The position numbers and the translations under genes were made by a program. This document shows positions 35,750 to 43,631 of a stretch of 64,000 bases of DNA, one piece after another (position 1 is the stretch's first letter; each line of letters starts with the position of its first letter). The stretch is from an uncultured Gammaproteobacteria bacterium. GTDB taxonomy: Bacteria; Patescibacteriota; Patescibacteriia; UBA9934; GWF2-40-263. The DNA lies in contig CAYOCD010000003.1 in the NCBI GenBank assembly GCA_964402425.1, forward strand, positions 4,608-68,607, read 5' to 3'. The notes beneath the pieces were generated by a model. It saw nothing but the letters and a program-made list of their open reading frames with translations. It was not told the DNA's origin and searched no databases.

Positions 35750-35829
35750 AAAAGCAATAAAGGCAAAAGGTGCTGTAAAAGCCGTGATGGACGCACACCA
35801 AAAGCCTTTATGGCCCTTGGTGTCGTTCC

Positions 35830-36885
35830 TTACATCAATGCATCAAGCAAAATCACCGCCACACCAAGAGCTGCGGAGACCATCGAAACAACCCAAAGTC
35901 GCATAACGATTTGTGGTTCTGGCCAATCAATCGCCTCCAAATGATGGTGAAATGGCGCGGATCGTAAGATCTTTTTATGAAAAACGCGTTTCCAAAAAAT
36001 CTGAATAATGACAGAAAGTGACTCAAGGACAAATACGAGCCCAATGATTGGGAGAACAAACGCTGTGTTGGTTAACATCGCCACAATTCCAAGTGTAACG
36101 CCTAGCGACATCGCTCCCGTATCTCCCATAAAAAACGCAGCTGGATGAATATTGAACCAAAGAAATGCAAGAAGTGCACCAAGAATAACTCCACAAAAAA
36201 CAGCAAGATCATAACGCCCTTGAGAAAAAGCAATGATGGCGTACGCAGCAAACGACGTCATAAGCGTTCCGCCCGCAAGGCCATCAAGACCATCTGTTTC
36301 ATTTACAGAAAATGCCGTAGCGACAATCACTAAAATAAAAAACGGGACGTACCACATTCCGATGTTAAAATCCCCAATAAATGGAATGTGCAAAAGATCC
36401 CAATCAAGTTTAACGCGAAACCACCAAGCTCCCACCGTAGCAATTGCTGTGTAAATCAATATGCGATATCGCATGCGAAGCCCTCCCCCCTTTGGGCCGA
36501 TTCCCTTTACGTTATAATAATCATCCAAAAATCCAACGAGGGCAGAAGCAACAAGGGCCCCAAGCGGCAAAAGCGTTTGTGAACGAGACAAAAAATTCAA
36601 ATGTCCTAAAAGGGAGTCTGCACTTACACGCGGAGCAATAAAGGCAAAAACAACAGCAAGAAAAAGAACCGTTCCCCAAATAAGCATTCCTCCCATGGTT
36701 GGAGTTCCTTGTTTTTTTGCATGCATTTTTGCAAACACAGGCGCGTCCGCTGCTGCACGAATAGATTTACCCATTTTCCATTGTTTCAGTTGACGAACTA
36801 GTAGTGGTGCCCATGCAAACGCAAACAAAAAAGCAATAGAACTCAATACTAAAATACGAACAATTTCAAACGATTTAAGCGGCAT
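35830..36885 (-). CDS. mraY: Phospho-N-acetylmuramoyl-pentapeptide transferase
   Basis: KQGTPTMGG and NxxNxxDGxDGL, the polyprenyl-phosphate GlcNAc-1-P transferase family. Start taken at MPLKSF to limit overlap with the upstream gene. Confidence 0.85.
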   Translation of the reverse strand: MPLKSFEIVRILVLSSIAFLFAFAWAPLLVRQLKQWKMGKSIRAAADAPVFAKMHAKKQGTPTMGGMLIWGTVLFLAVVFAFIAPRVSADSLLGHLNFLSRSQTLLPLGALVASALVGFLDDYYNVKGIGPKGGGLRMRYRILIYTAIATVGAWWFRVKLDWDLLHIPFIGDFNIGMWYVPFFILVIVATAFSVNETDGLDGLAGGTLMTSFAAYAIIAFSQGRYDLAVFCGVILGALLAFLWFNIHPAAFFMGDTGAMSLGVTLGIVAMLTNTAFVLPIIGLVFVLESLSVIIQIFWKRVFHKKILRSAPFHHHLEAIDWPEPQIVMRLWVVSMVSAALGVAVILLDALM

Positions 36886-37276
36886 AGGATAAATTAAGAA
36901 GAACAATAAGAGCCATAGCAACCAACAAAAGAAACTCGAGAACAACAGTCGCAATAGCAACCATCACAGCAAGTAATTTTTCTTTTCGAAACGCAATGGT
37001 TTGTAAAACCAAATGAAACAAAAACAACCCTAGTCCAATTGCTGGGATGACAAAAATTTGATACCAAGATCCCAATCGATCAACACCGAGATAAATATTA
37101 TAGTGGAGAGGAATATACGGACGAGATTCTGCAAGCGGAACAATACGCCAAATAGGAAGAGCAATATCAAGTGCCAAAAAAAAGAACGCTAACACAAAAC
37201 ACCAAGCTCCGATTTTTGTTCGGAACCACTCTTTGGCATCAGTGAAAAAAAATTGAACGCGTTTTGAAAATTTCAT
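36875..37276 (-). CDS. Hypothetical membrane protein
   Basis: Three predicted TM helices; 133 aa. Confidence 0.4.
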   Translation of the reverse strand: MKFSKRVQFFFTDAKEWFRTKIGAWCFVLAFFFLALDIALPIWRIVPLAESRPYIPLHYNIYLGVDRLGSWYQIFVIPAIGLGLFLFHLVLQTIAFRKEKLLAVMVAIATVVLEFLLLVAMALIVLLNLSYAA

Positions 37277-37279
37277 GCA

Positions 37280-37516
37280 CTAAACAGAGACAACTTCCGT
37301 AATGGACGGAATAGCATCTTTAAGAGCAGCCTCAACACCCATCTTTAATGTAATTTGTGACATGGGACACCCAACACAAGCTCCTTGCATTTTTACACTC
37401 ACAATACCCGTTTTGTCATCATATCCTGCAAACTCAATCCCTCCACCATCCATGCGGAGTGCGGGACGGATCGTTGTTAAAACTTCTTCAATCTTTGTTT
37501 GAATTTGTGAATCCAT
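37280..37516 (-). CDS. NifU-like Fe-S cluster assembly domain protein (Nfu C-terminal domain)
   Basis: IRPALRMDGGGIEF...GACVGCPMSQITLKMGVE carries the CxxC NifU/Nfu signature. Confidence 0.6.
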   Translation of the reverse strand: MDSQIQTKIEEVLTTIRPALRMDGGGIEFAGYDDKTGIVSVKMQGACVGCPMSQITLKMGVEAALKDAIPSITEVVSV

Positions 37517-37555
37517 ATCAACGCTAGTATATAACAAAATAACGTGCATTGCACG

Positions 37556-37837
37556 TTATCTTTTTTCTTGAATGCTTGCGAATCGACGTGTTGCAAGGAC
37601 TCCGTGGAAATTCTTCATTTTCTTCTGAGTGAATTTTACGAAACCGTCCATTGCTGCATACAGCGTGTCATCTTTTCCTTTTTTGACATTCAATCCTGGG
37701 TGAATTTTTGTTCCGCGTTGGCGAACCAAAATTTGTCCAGCTTTGATAATTTGTCCATCGGAGATCTTTACCCCAAGGCGCTTTGACACGGAATCGCGTC
37801 CAAGCGAGGTAGACCCTCCGGCTTTCTTATGTGCCAT
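37556..37837 (-). CDS. rpmA: 50S ribosomal protein L27
   Basis: [24 protein letters not shown]... is the canonical L27 N-terminus. No rplU lies upstream of it. Confidence 0.9.
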   Translation of the reverse strand: MAHKKAGGSTSLGRDSVSKRLGVKISDGQIIKAGQILVRQRGTKIHPGLNVKKGKDDTLYAAMDGFVKFTQKKMKNFHGVLATRRFASIQEKR

Positions 37838-37859
37838 AGAAAATAGTAAATAGTTGATT

Positions 37860-37895
37860 CGTCCGAAAGTATAAAGAAAAAGGCTATTTCCGTCA
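37860..37895 (-). promoter_or_regulatory. Promoter (TTGACG, 17-nt spacer, TATACT) for a monocistronic rpmA transcript
   Basis: The reverse complement reads TTGACGgaaatagcctttttcttTATACT, ~35 nt upstream of the L27 ATG. Confidence 0.4.
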
Positions 37896-37944
37896 AGTTA
37901 TTTCCGTCTGTTATCCCCATTTCTGGTATTTAAAGCTTTTCGAG

Positions 37945-37985
37945 CTTTTTTCAAAGAAAATACCCGAGCTTTTTCCAGAAGCTCG
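37945..37985 (-). terminator. Terminator of the GC-rich island (cccgagctt...agctcggg followed by tattttcttt)
   Basis: Seen on the minus strand directly after the 38001 gene's stop. Confidence 0.5.
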
Positions 37986-38000
37986 GGTAAGAAAGGGTGG

Positions 38001-38525
38001 TTATTGGACTCCGGGGCATCCCATGTCCTTTTGCCATTCGTACGAGACGTTTGGGCAATCAGCCATGTCGAACACCTGCGGAACGTGACGCGAACGACCC
38101 GGAGCCGGAGCAGCAGGAGCTGAAGCCGGCGTCGTCGGGGCGGAAGCCACGGGCGAAGGAGCAGTCGGGATCGACGGCGTGATCGAGCTTGGTCCTGCGA
38201 CGAAGATCGGCCAGCAGAACAGGAGGATAAGCAAGCCACATGCAGCCACGATTGCGATCGCCACGCGATTGTCTGCGCCCCAACGTCGATATGCCCAATT
38301 GGCGGCGATCACGACACCAAACACAGAGAATGCAATGATGAGAGGATTGAAATTGGGCAAACCCCATTGGCCACCGAGCGGACGATTCCAAAGGGCGAAC
38401 ATGAAGAACGCACCGAAGAAATACGCCGCAACCTTGTAACCGATCGGCCAACCCTGGCGAAACACCAGACGACCAGCCCAGATCAGGAATACAGTCGTAA
38501 AGACGATCTCGAAGAATGAAACCAT
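38001..38525 (-). CDS. Hypothetical membrane protein in a high-GC island (4 TM, Pro/Ala/Ser/Thr-rich linker, C-terminal CPNVSYEWQKDMGCPGVQ)
   Basis: Strong SD (cGAGGAGGcaATG). Local GC is 58-75% against a ~40% background. No family recognised. Confidence 0.55.
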   Translation of the reverse strand: MVSFFEIVFTTVFLIWAGRLVFRQGWPIGYKVAAYFFGAFFMFALWNRPLGGQWGLPNFNPLIIAFSVFGVVIAANWAYRRWGADNRVAIAIVAACGLLILLFCWPIFVAGPSSITPSIPTAPSPVASAPTTPASAPAAPAPGRSRHVPQVFDMADCPNVSYEWQKDMGCPGVQ

Positions 38526-38552
38526 TGTGCCTCCTCGTCGCAGCGCGACGGG

Positions 38553-39011
38553 TTAGATGATGTGGTACAAGCCGTACAGACCCGCACCAATGAGCAGCTG
38601 TTGCGCGACCAAGACCGAAATGGTCTTATTCAGCGCCACTGGCATACTCCGAAGAGACATGAACATCCAATAGATGATCAAAACCGCAAACATGACGCTG
38701 AAAAAATCTGGCGGCTTACCTTTCAGAACAGCCTCGCTGTTAGCGGCGTAGAAACTAATCAGCACGAGATTTCCGTTGAAGACAAAACGCAATGGGTCAG
38801 GCTCTTTCGAGACAAACCCGCTCATAAGAGAAGCGCCTACAACGATCATGACGCCCGCACCAATAACGCTTACAAAATTTTTGGCAATGAGGAACTTGAG
38901 CCCGACAGCAATCGTCGAGAGTGTCAGAACAGTGATGAACATCGCACCTATCAAAAAGGCGCGCATTGTCACCCCTTCTTTTGAAGGAACTTCCTTCGCA
39001 TTTGTCTCCAT
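38553..39011 (-). CDS. Hypothetical membrane protein in a high-GC island (4-5 TM)
   Basis: GGAGGT lies 4 nt upstream of the internal ATG (METNAK...). The ORF track starts 4 codons earlier at a GTG. Confidence 0.5.
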   Translation of the reverse strand: METNAKEVPSKEGVTMRAFLIGAMFITVLTLSTIAVGLKFLIAKNFVSVIGAGVMIVVGASLMSGFVSKEPDPLRFVFNGNLVLISFYAANSEAVLKGKPPDFFSVMFAVLIIYWMFMSLRSMPVALNKTISVLVAQQLLIGAGLYGLYHII

Positions 39012-39125
39012 CAATACCTCCACAAATGGGAAAAACTATTTTGAGACAGATAAATATACCATAAAATGGGCATTTTGTCAATGTTTCCATACAAAAATCG
39101 CCCGTTTCGGGGCGATTTTGATTTG

Positions 39126-40751
39126 TTATTTTTTGATAGCCGCCTTCACAAAGGCTTTAAACAGCGGATGTGGACTCAGTGGTCTTGATTGAAACTCTGG
39201 GTGGAACTGGGCTCCAACAAAGAACGGATGATTCTTTAGCTCAACAATCTCCACCAAATCTTGTTCTGGGTTTACTCCCGAGATCACAAACCCAGCTTTC
39301 TCAAGCGCCTCGCGATATTCATTATTGAATTCATAACGATGACGATGACGTTCATCTACAAGCGCGGCGCCATAAGCCTTTCGAGCTGTTGTGTTCGACG
39401 CAAGCTTGCATGGATAAGAGCCAAGACGCAACGTTCCACCATAACTTCCCTCTTTGATCTTTTCATCTTGCCCAGGCAACAAATGAATCACGGGATGTTT
39501 TGTTTTTGGATCAATCTCTGTTGTGTTTGCATCTTTCAGCTTCAAGACATTTCGTGCATATTCAATCACCGCGCATTGCATCCCGTAACAAAGTCCAAGA
39601 TACGGAATCTTATTTTCACGACAATAGCGAATCGCTTTAATCTTTCCTTCAATTCCACGCGATCCGAATCCTCCCGGAATCACAACACCGTCCAAATCAT
39701 CAAGCTCTTTCAACTTCGCCGGTGACTTCTCATAGGCTTCCGAGTTGAGCCACACAAGCTTTGGTGTGCGACCATTCGCCCACGACGCATGCTTAATCGC
39801 TTCGATCACGGAAATATATGCGTCCGAAAGTGTGAAATCACCGGTCGAAAAATATTTCCCAATCACCCCAATCTTCACTTCGCCTTTTGTGTTTGCAATC
39901 GATGCAAGAAGTTTTTTCCATTTCACCACTTTTTTCAGTGGCAATTCTTTCATGCCAAACGATTTCAAAATTTTATCGCCAAACCCTTGTTTTTCAAAAA
40001 CGATTGGAATTTCGTAAATAGATTTTACATCTGGAGAACCAATGACTTGATCTGCATGAACATTTGAGAACATGGCGAGTTTCTTTTTGCGGGGTTCGTC
40101 GATGGAGAGCGTTGAACGTGCAATCACAAAATCCGGATACAGCCCTGCGGCCATCATGGTACGTACGGCTTGTTGCGTTGGTTTTGTTTTCATTTCTCCA
40201 AGCGAACCTGGAACGGGCATATAGCTCACAAGGATGTTCCGCACTTGATCCGGATACTTCATGCGCATGAGACGTGCTGCTTCCAAAAACAAAATATTTT
40301 CGTACTCACCAACGGTTCCACCAATTTCGATCAATGTAAAATCCGCATTCGCACGCTCAGTTGCATGTTCAATACGCTCGATTACCTCATTTGGAACGTC
40401 TGGAACAACTTGAACGGTTCGACCGCCATAACCGAGATTGCGCTCGCGTTGAATCACAGACTGATACACACGCCCCGTTGTCATGTAGTTGATCGATAAA
40501 ATCGATGTTTCCAAAAAACGCTCGTAGTTTCCAACATCTTGATCACATTCATCCCCATCAACCGTCACAAAAACCTCCCCGTGTTCAACTGGGTTCATGG
40601 TACCTGCATCCACGTTAATATATGGATCGATTTTAATCGCCGTAACCTTATAGCCTTTTTCTTGCAACACACGCCCTAGCGATGCAGTTGCAGCACCCTT
40701 TCCAACACCGGACATAACACCACCAACAACGAAAATAAATTTGTGAGACAT
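39126..40751 (-). CDS. pyrG: CTP synthase
   Basis: MSHKFIFVVGGVMSGVGKG is the PyrG N-terminal synthetase domain, followed by a GATase1 domain (GLCYGMQ...HPEF). The ORF track extends upstream to 40940, but the conserved N-terminus fixes the start near 40751. Confidence 0.9.
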   Translation of the reverse strand: MSHKFIFVVGGVMSGVGKGAATASLGRVLQEKGYKVTAIKIDPYINVDAGTMNPVEHGEVFVTVDGDECDQDVGNYERFLETSILSINYMTTGRVYQSVIQRERNLGYGGRTVQVVPDVPNEVIERIEHATERANADFTLIEIGGTVGEYENILFLEAARLMRMKYPDQVRNILVSYMPVPGSLGEMKTKPTQQAVRTMMAAGLYPDFVIARSTLSIDEPRKKKLAMFSNVHADQVIGSPDVKSIYEIPIVFEKQGFGDKILKSFGMKELPLKKVVKWKKLLASIANTKGEVKIGVIGKYFSTGDFTLSDAYISVIEAIKHASWANGRTPKLVWLNSEAYEKSPAKLKELDDLDGVVIPGGFGSRGIEGKIKAIRYCRENKIPYLGLCYGMQCAVIEYARNVLKLKDANTTEIDPKTKHPVIHLLPGQDEKIKEGSYGGTLRLGSYPCKLASNTTARKAYGAALVDERHRHRYEFNNEYREALEKAGFVISGVNPEQDLVEIVELKNHPFFVGAQFHPEFQSRPLSPHPLFKAFVKAAIKK

Positions 40752-40973
40752 AGGGGGAAAAATAGAAAAAAGAAAGTAGAGAGCAGAAAGGGAAAAAACA
40801 GAACTGGGGAGCGAGGGGTTGTTCAAATGCATTGGCGAGGACGCTTGCGGAGAGCTCGTCTGCAGTAGTTTGCCGAAGAGCGGACTACTCCCGCAGCCAA
40901 TGTTTTTGAACTGCCCCGAGCGAATACACAATAAGTACAAACCAAAACAGAGTTAAAAAACTCTGTTTTGGTC

Positions 40974-41417
40974 TTAAGCACCTTCGACGGTTAATCGAAT
41001 TTCTGCTCCGAAATCATGTGGAAGTTCAATTGCGACAGTCTTTGTACAAGGACTCTTAATAGGTTCTGCAAGATCTACCATTTCTTCATCGACATCAAAA
41101 CCTGCTTTCTTTAAAGCTTTTGCAATCATCTTTTTTGTAACAGCTGCGTAGAGTACACCATCCTCGTTTACTTTTTCTTCAATCGTAATTTCATACCCAT
41201 CCAACTTTTCTGCCATTTTCCCTGTTGCTACAATTGCCTTTTGCGATTGTTTCTTTGCGATTGTTTCGCGTTCTTTCATTTTACGCAAGGCTTCTTCTGT
41301 TGCGGGAACAGCCAAATTCTGGGGAAACAAAAAATTCTGAGCATGTCCGTCTGAGACCTCAACAACGGATCCCTCTTTTCCTAATGTTTGAACTGTTTCA
41401 AGAAGAATAACTTTCAT
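40974..41417 (-). CDS. rplI: 50S ribosomal protein L9
   Basis: MKVILLETVQTLGKEGSVVEVSDGHAQNFLFPQNLAV is the L9 N-domain. Confidence 0.85.
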   Translation of the reverse strand: MKVILLETVQTLGKEGSVVEVSDGHAQNFLFPQNLAVPATEEALRKMKERETIAKKQSQKAIVATGKMAEKLDGYEITIEEKVNEDGVLYAAVTKKMIAKALKKAGFDVDEEMVDLAEPIKSPCTKTVAIELPHDFGAEIRLTVEGA

Positions 41418-41432
41418 ATGCGCGTTAGTATA

Positions 41433-41906
41433 TCACAAGAGTGTTTTCAAATCCGCAAGAACTTCATCTACATGCTTCTCTGGTTTCACATCTTCATAAA
41501 TCTTTACAATTTTTCCCTTTGGGTCAATGAGAAATGACCAGCGTTTGATTCCCATGTATTCGCGACCCATGAACTTTTTCTTTCCCCAGACGCCGTAATC
41601 TTCAACGAGTGTCTTATTCTCATCCGCAAGAAGCGTAAATGGAAGCTCGTGCTTATCAGCGAATTTTGCATGACTTTTTGACGAATCAACACTCGCCCCA
41701 AACACAACGAGTCCAAGTTTCTTAAACGCTGGAAAATTATCGCGAATTGAACACGCTTCTTTTGTGCATCCTGGAGTGTTATCCTTTGGATAAAAATAGA
41801 GCAAAACCCATTTCCCTTTTTCATCTTTCAGAGAATGAAGTTTTCCAACCTGATCTGGTAACAAAAAATCTGGAGCTTGATCACCAACATTGAGTTTCAT
41901 ATTCAT
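41433..41906 (-). CDS. bcp: Peroxiredoxin (Bcp-type thiol peroxidase)
   Basis: GDQAPDFLLPDQ...YFYPKDNTPGCTKEA matches the Bcp peroxidatic Cys motif. Start taken at MNMKLNVG. Confidence 0.8.
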   Translation of the reverse strand: MNMKLNVGDQAPDFLLPDQVGKLHSLKDEKGKWVLLYFYPKDNTPGCTKEACSIRDNFPAFKKLGLVVFGASVDSSKSHAKFADKHELPFTLLADENKTLVEDYGVWGKKKFMGREYMGIKRWSFLIDPKGKIVKIYEDVKPEKHVDEVLADLKTLL

Positions 41907-41920
41907 CAAGTTTAGCACAA

Positions 41921-41965
41921 AACAAAAAATCCCAATCTTACCTATGAAAAGAGGGATTTTTTTAA
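41921..41965 (-). terminator. Terminator after the DUF378 gene (aaaaatccc...gggattttt)
   Basis: Hairpin plus T-run. Confidence 0.5.
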
Positions 41966-41973
41966 ATGTTCGT

Positions 41974-42162
41974 TTACTTACACGACTTGCATGATTTCTT
42001 TGCAAGCAAGGAAACCGTTGAAAGACCTACCAAAATATAAATTATCTTTACAAGCATTGGCCATCCGCCAAAAAGAGCTTCTACGAGATTCCAATTAAAA
42101 AGACCAACAAGACCCCAGTTGAGTCCACCAATGATTACGAGACTCCATGTAAAGCAATGCAT
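41974..42162 (-). CDS. DUF378-family small membrane protein
   Basis: LVIIGGLNWGLVGLFNWNLVEALFG carries the DUF378 signature. Start taken at the internal ATG with an AGGTGA SD. Confidence 0.5.
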   Translation of the reverse strand: MHCFTWSLVIIGGLNWGLVGLFNWNLVEALFGGWPMLVKIIYILVGLSTVSLLAKKSCKSCK

Positions 42163-42349
42163 GCTGCACTTTTCACCTTTCATCATCATAGAAAAAAATT
42201 ATGGGATAAATCGTAAAACTAAAGATATTTTATCAAAAAACAAGAAAGTCGTCGCCTACTGTGGATAACACCGGAAAGCGAAAGAGATAAAAAGAGGTGC
42301 TCGCGAAAAGCAAATAAAAACGGTAAGATATCACAAAACACTATTTTCT

Positions 42350-43627
42350 ATGAATATTTCTACAAAAAACTCAGGAATCAACACTAGTCTTCAAAAGACT
42401 ATAATAAAACAATTGGAGTCATACCGTAATCACCTGAAAGAAGTTCAAGAACATGGTGGATTCGATGCGCTCGAAAGTTCCATTAATCTCCCATTTTCAA
42501 AACATCTCGAACCAATCATTGAAAAAGCCAAAAGCTATCAAGGTAAATCTTTGCGCACGGTTGTTATCGTTGGAATTGGAGGGTCGAATCTTGGAACACA
42601 GGCGATTTATGAGGCTCTTCCAAAAAAAGATGTAGAGCTTATATTTCTCGACACAGTATCGAGTAGTCATTTCTTGTCGGTCGTCGAGAAACTAACAAAA
42701 CGGTTGAAAAACAAAAAACAATTCCTGATCGTAACCATTAGTAAATCCGGCGGAACGTCAGAAACACTCGCAAATACAGAAACCCTTTTGTCCGCACTCA
42801 AAAAACCGTATGGCGATGTGCGCGATCGAATGGTTGTTATTACAGACGAAGGCTCAAAATTTCATGATGTTGCCATAAAACAAAAAATCGATTCACTCAC
42901 CATGCCAAAAATGGTCGGAGGAAGATTTAGTGTTTTTTCAGCCGTCGGACTCTTCCCGCTCGCCGTCGCTGGATATGACGTACGCGCACTTTGTCGTGGA
43001 GCAAAAGCTACTGTAGAAGCAAGTCTTTCTTCAAAATTGGACGAGAACATTGCCACAACACTTGCAATCACAACACATCTCCAACAAAAAAATGGATACA
43101 ATATTCACAATTCATTTTTCTTCGCCCCCGAACTTGAAAGCCTTGGAAAATGGGAACGTCAGCTCATAGGAGAGAGTCTTGGAAAAGAATTTGATCTAAA
43201 TGGCAAGCGTGTAAACGCAGGAATCACGCCGATTGTTTCGATTGGCTCAACGGATCTGCACTCAATGGCACAACTCTACTTTGGTGGACCTCGTGACAAA
43301 TTTACAACCATTGTATCTGTAAAGGATACGCATCGCGTATTCATTCCGCACAAACTTGTTTTTCCAAACCTTGTCGATCACCTTGCTGGAAAAACCCTCA
43401 CAGAACTTATGAACGCTATTGTTGGTGGTGTTGTTGCGAGTTATCAAAAGGCCAAGCTTCCCTTTGTAGAATGTGTGTTTGAAAAACTTGATGAAGTTTC
43501 GCTAGGGATGTTTTTACAAATGCGCATGATGGAAATGATGTACCTCGCGCAACTAATGAACGTAAACGCATTTGATCAACCGAATGTGGAGATGTATAAG
43601 ATGGAAACAAAGAAACGACTGGAGTAA
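42350..43627 (+). CDS. pgi: Glucose-6-phosphate isomerase
   Basis: VIVGIGGSNLG, TISKSGGTSET, GGRFSVFSAVG are PGI signature motifs. Confidence 0.85.
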   Translation: MNISTKNSGINTSLQKTIIKQLESYRNHLKEVQEHGGFDALESSINLPFSKHLEPIIEKAKSYQGKSLRTVVIVGIGGSNLGTQAIYEALPKKDVELIFLDTVSSSHFLSVVEKLTKRLKNKKQFLIVTISKSGGTSETLANTETLLSALKKPYGDVRDRMVVITDEGSKFHDVAIKQKIDSLTMPKMVGGRFSVFSAVGLFPLAVAGYDVRALCRGAKATVEASLSSKLDENIATTLAITTHLQQKNGYNIHNSFFFAPELESLGKWERQLIGESLGKEFDLNGKRVNAGITPIVSIGSTDLHSMAQLYFGGPRDKFTTIVSVKDTHRVFIPHKLVFPNLVDHLAGKTLTELMNAIVGGVVASYQKAKLPFVECVFEKLDEVSLGMFLQMRMMEMMYLAQLMNVNAFDQPNVEMYKMETKKRLE

Positions 43628-43631
43628 TTTT

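Noticed and set aside
37898-38239. 113-aa minus-strand ORF (Arg/Leu-rich)
   Set aside because: It overlaps the better-supported 38001..38525 membrane-protein gene in another frame and has arginine-rich repetitive composition.
38562-38984. 140-aa plus-strand ORF inside the GC island
   Set aside because: It is antisense to a convincing 4-5-TM membrane protein with a strong SD. Its hydrophilic His/Arg-rich product is a typical antisense artefact.
39126-40940. Using the full 604-aa ORF-track extent for pyrG
   Set aside because: The conserved PyrG N-terminus (MSHKFIFVVGGVMSGVGKG) begins 63 codons downstream. The upstream extension is proline/serine-rich with no homology and would overlap the rplI terminator region.
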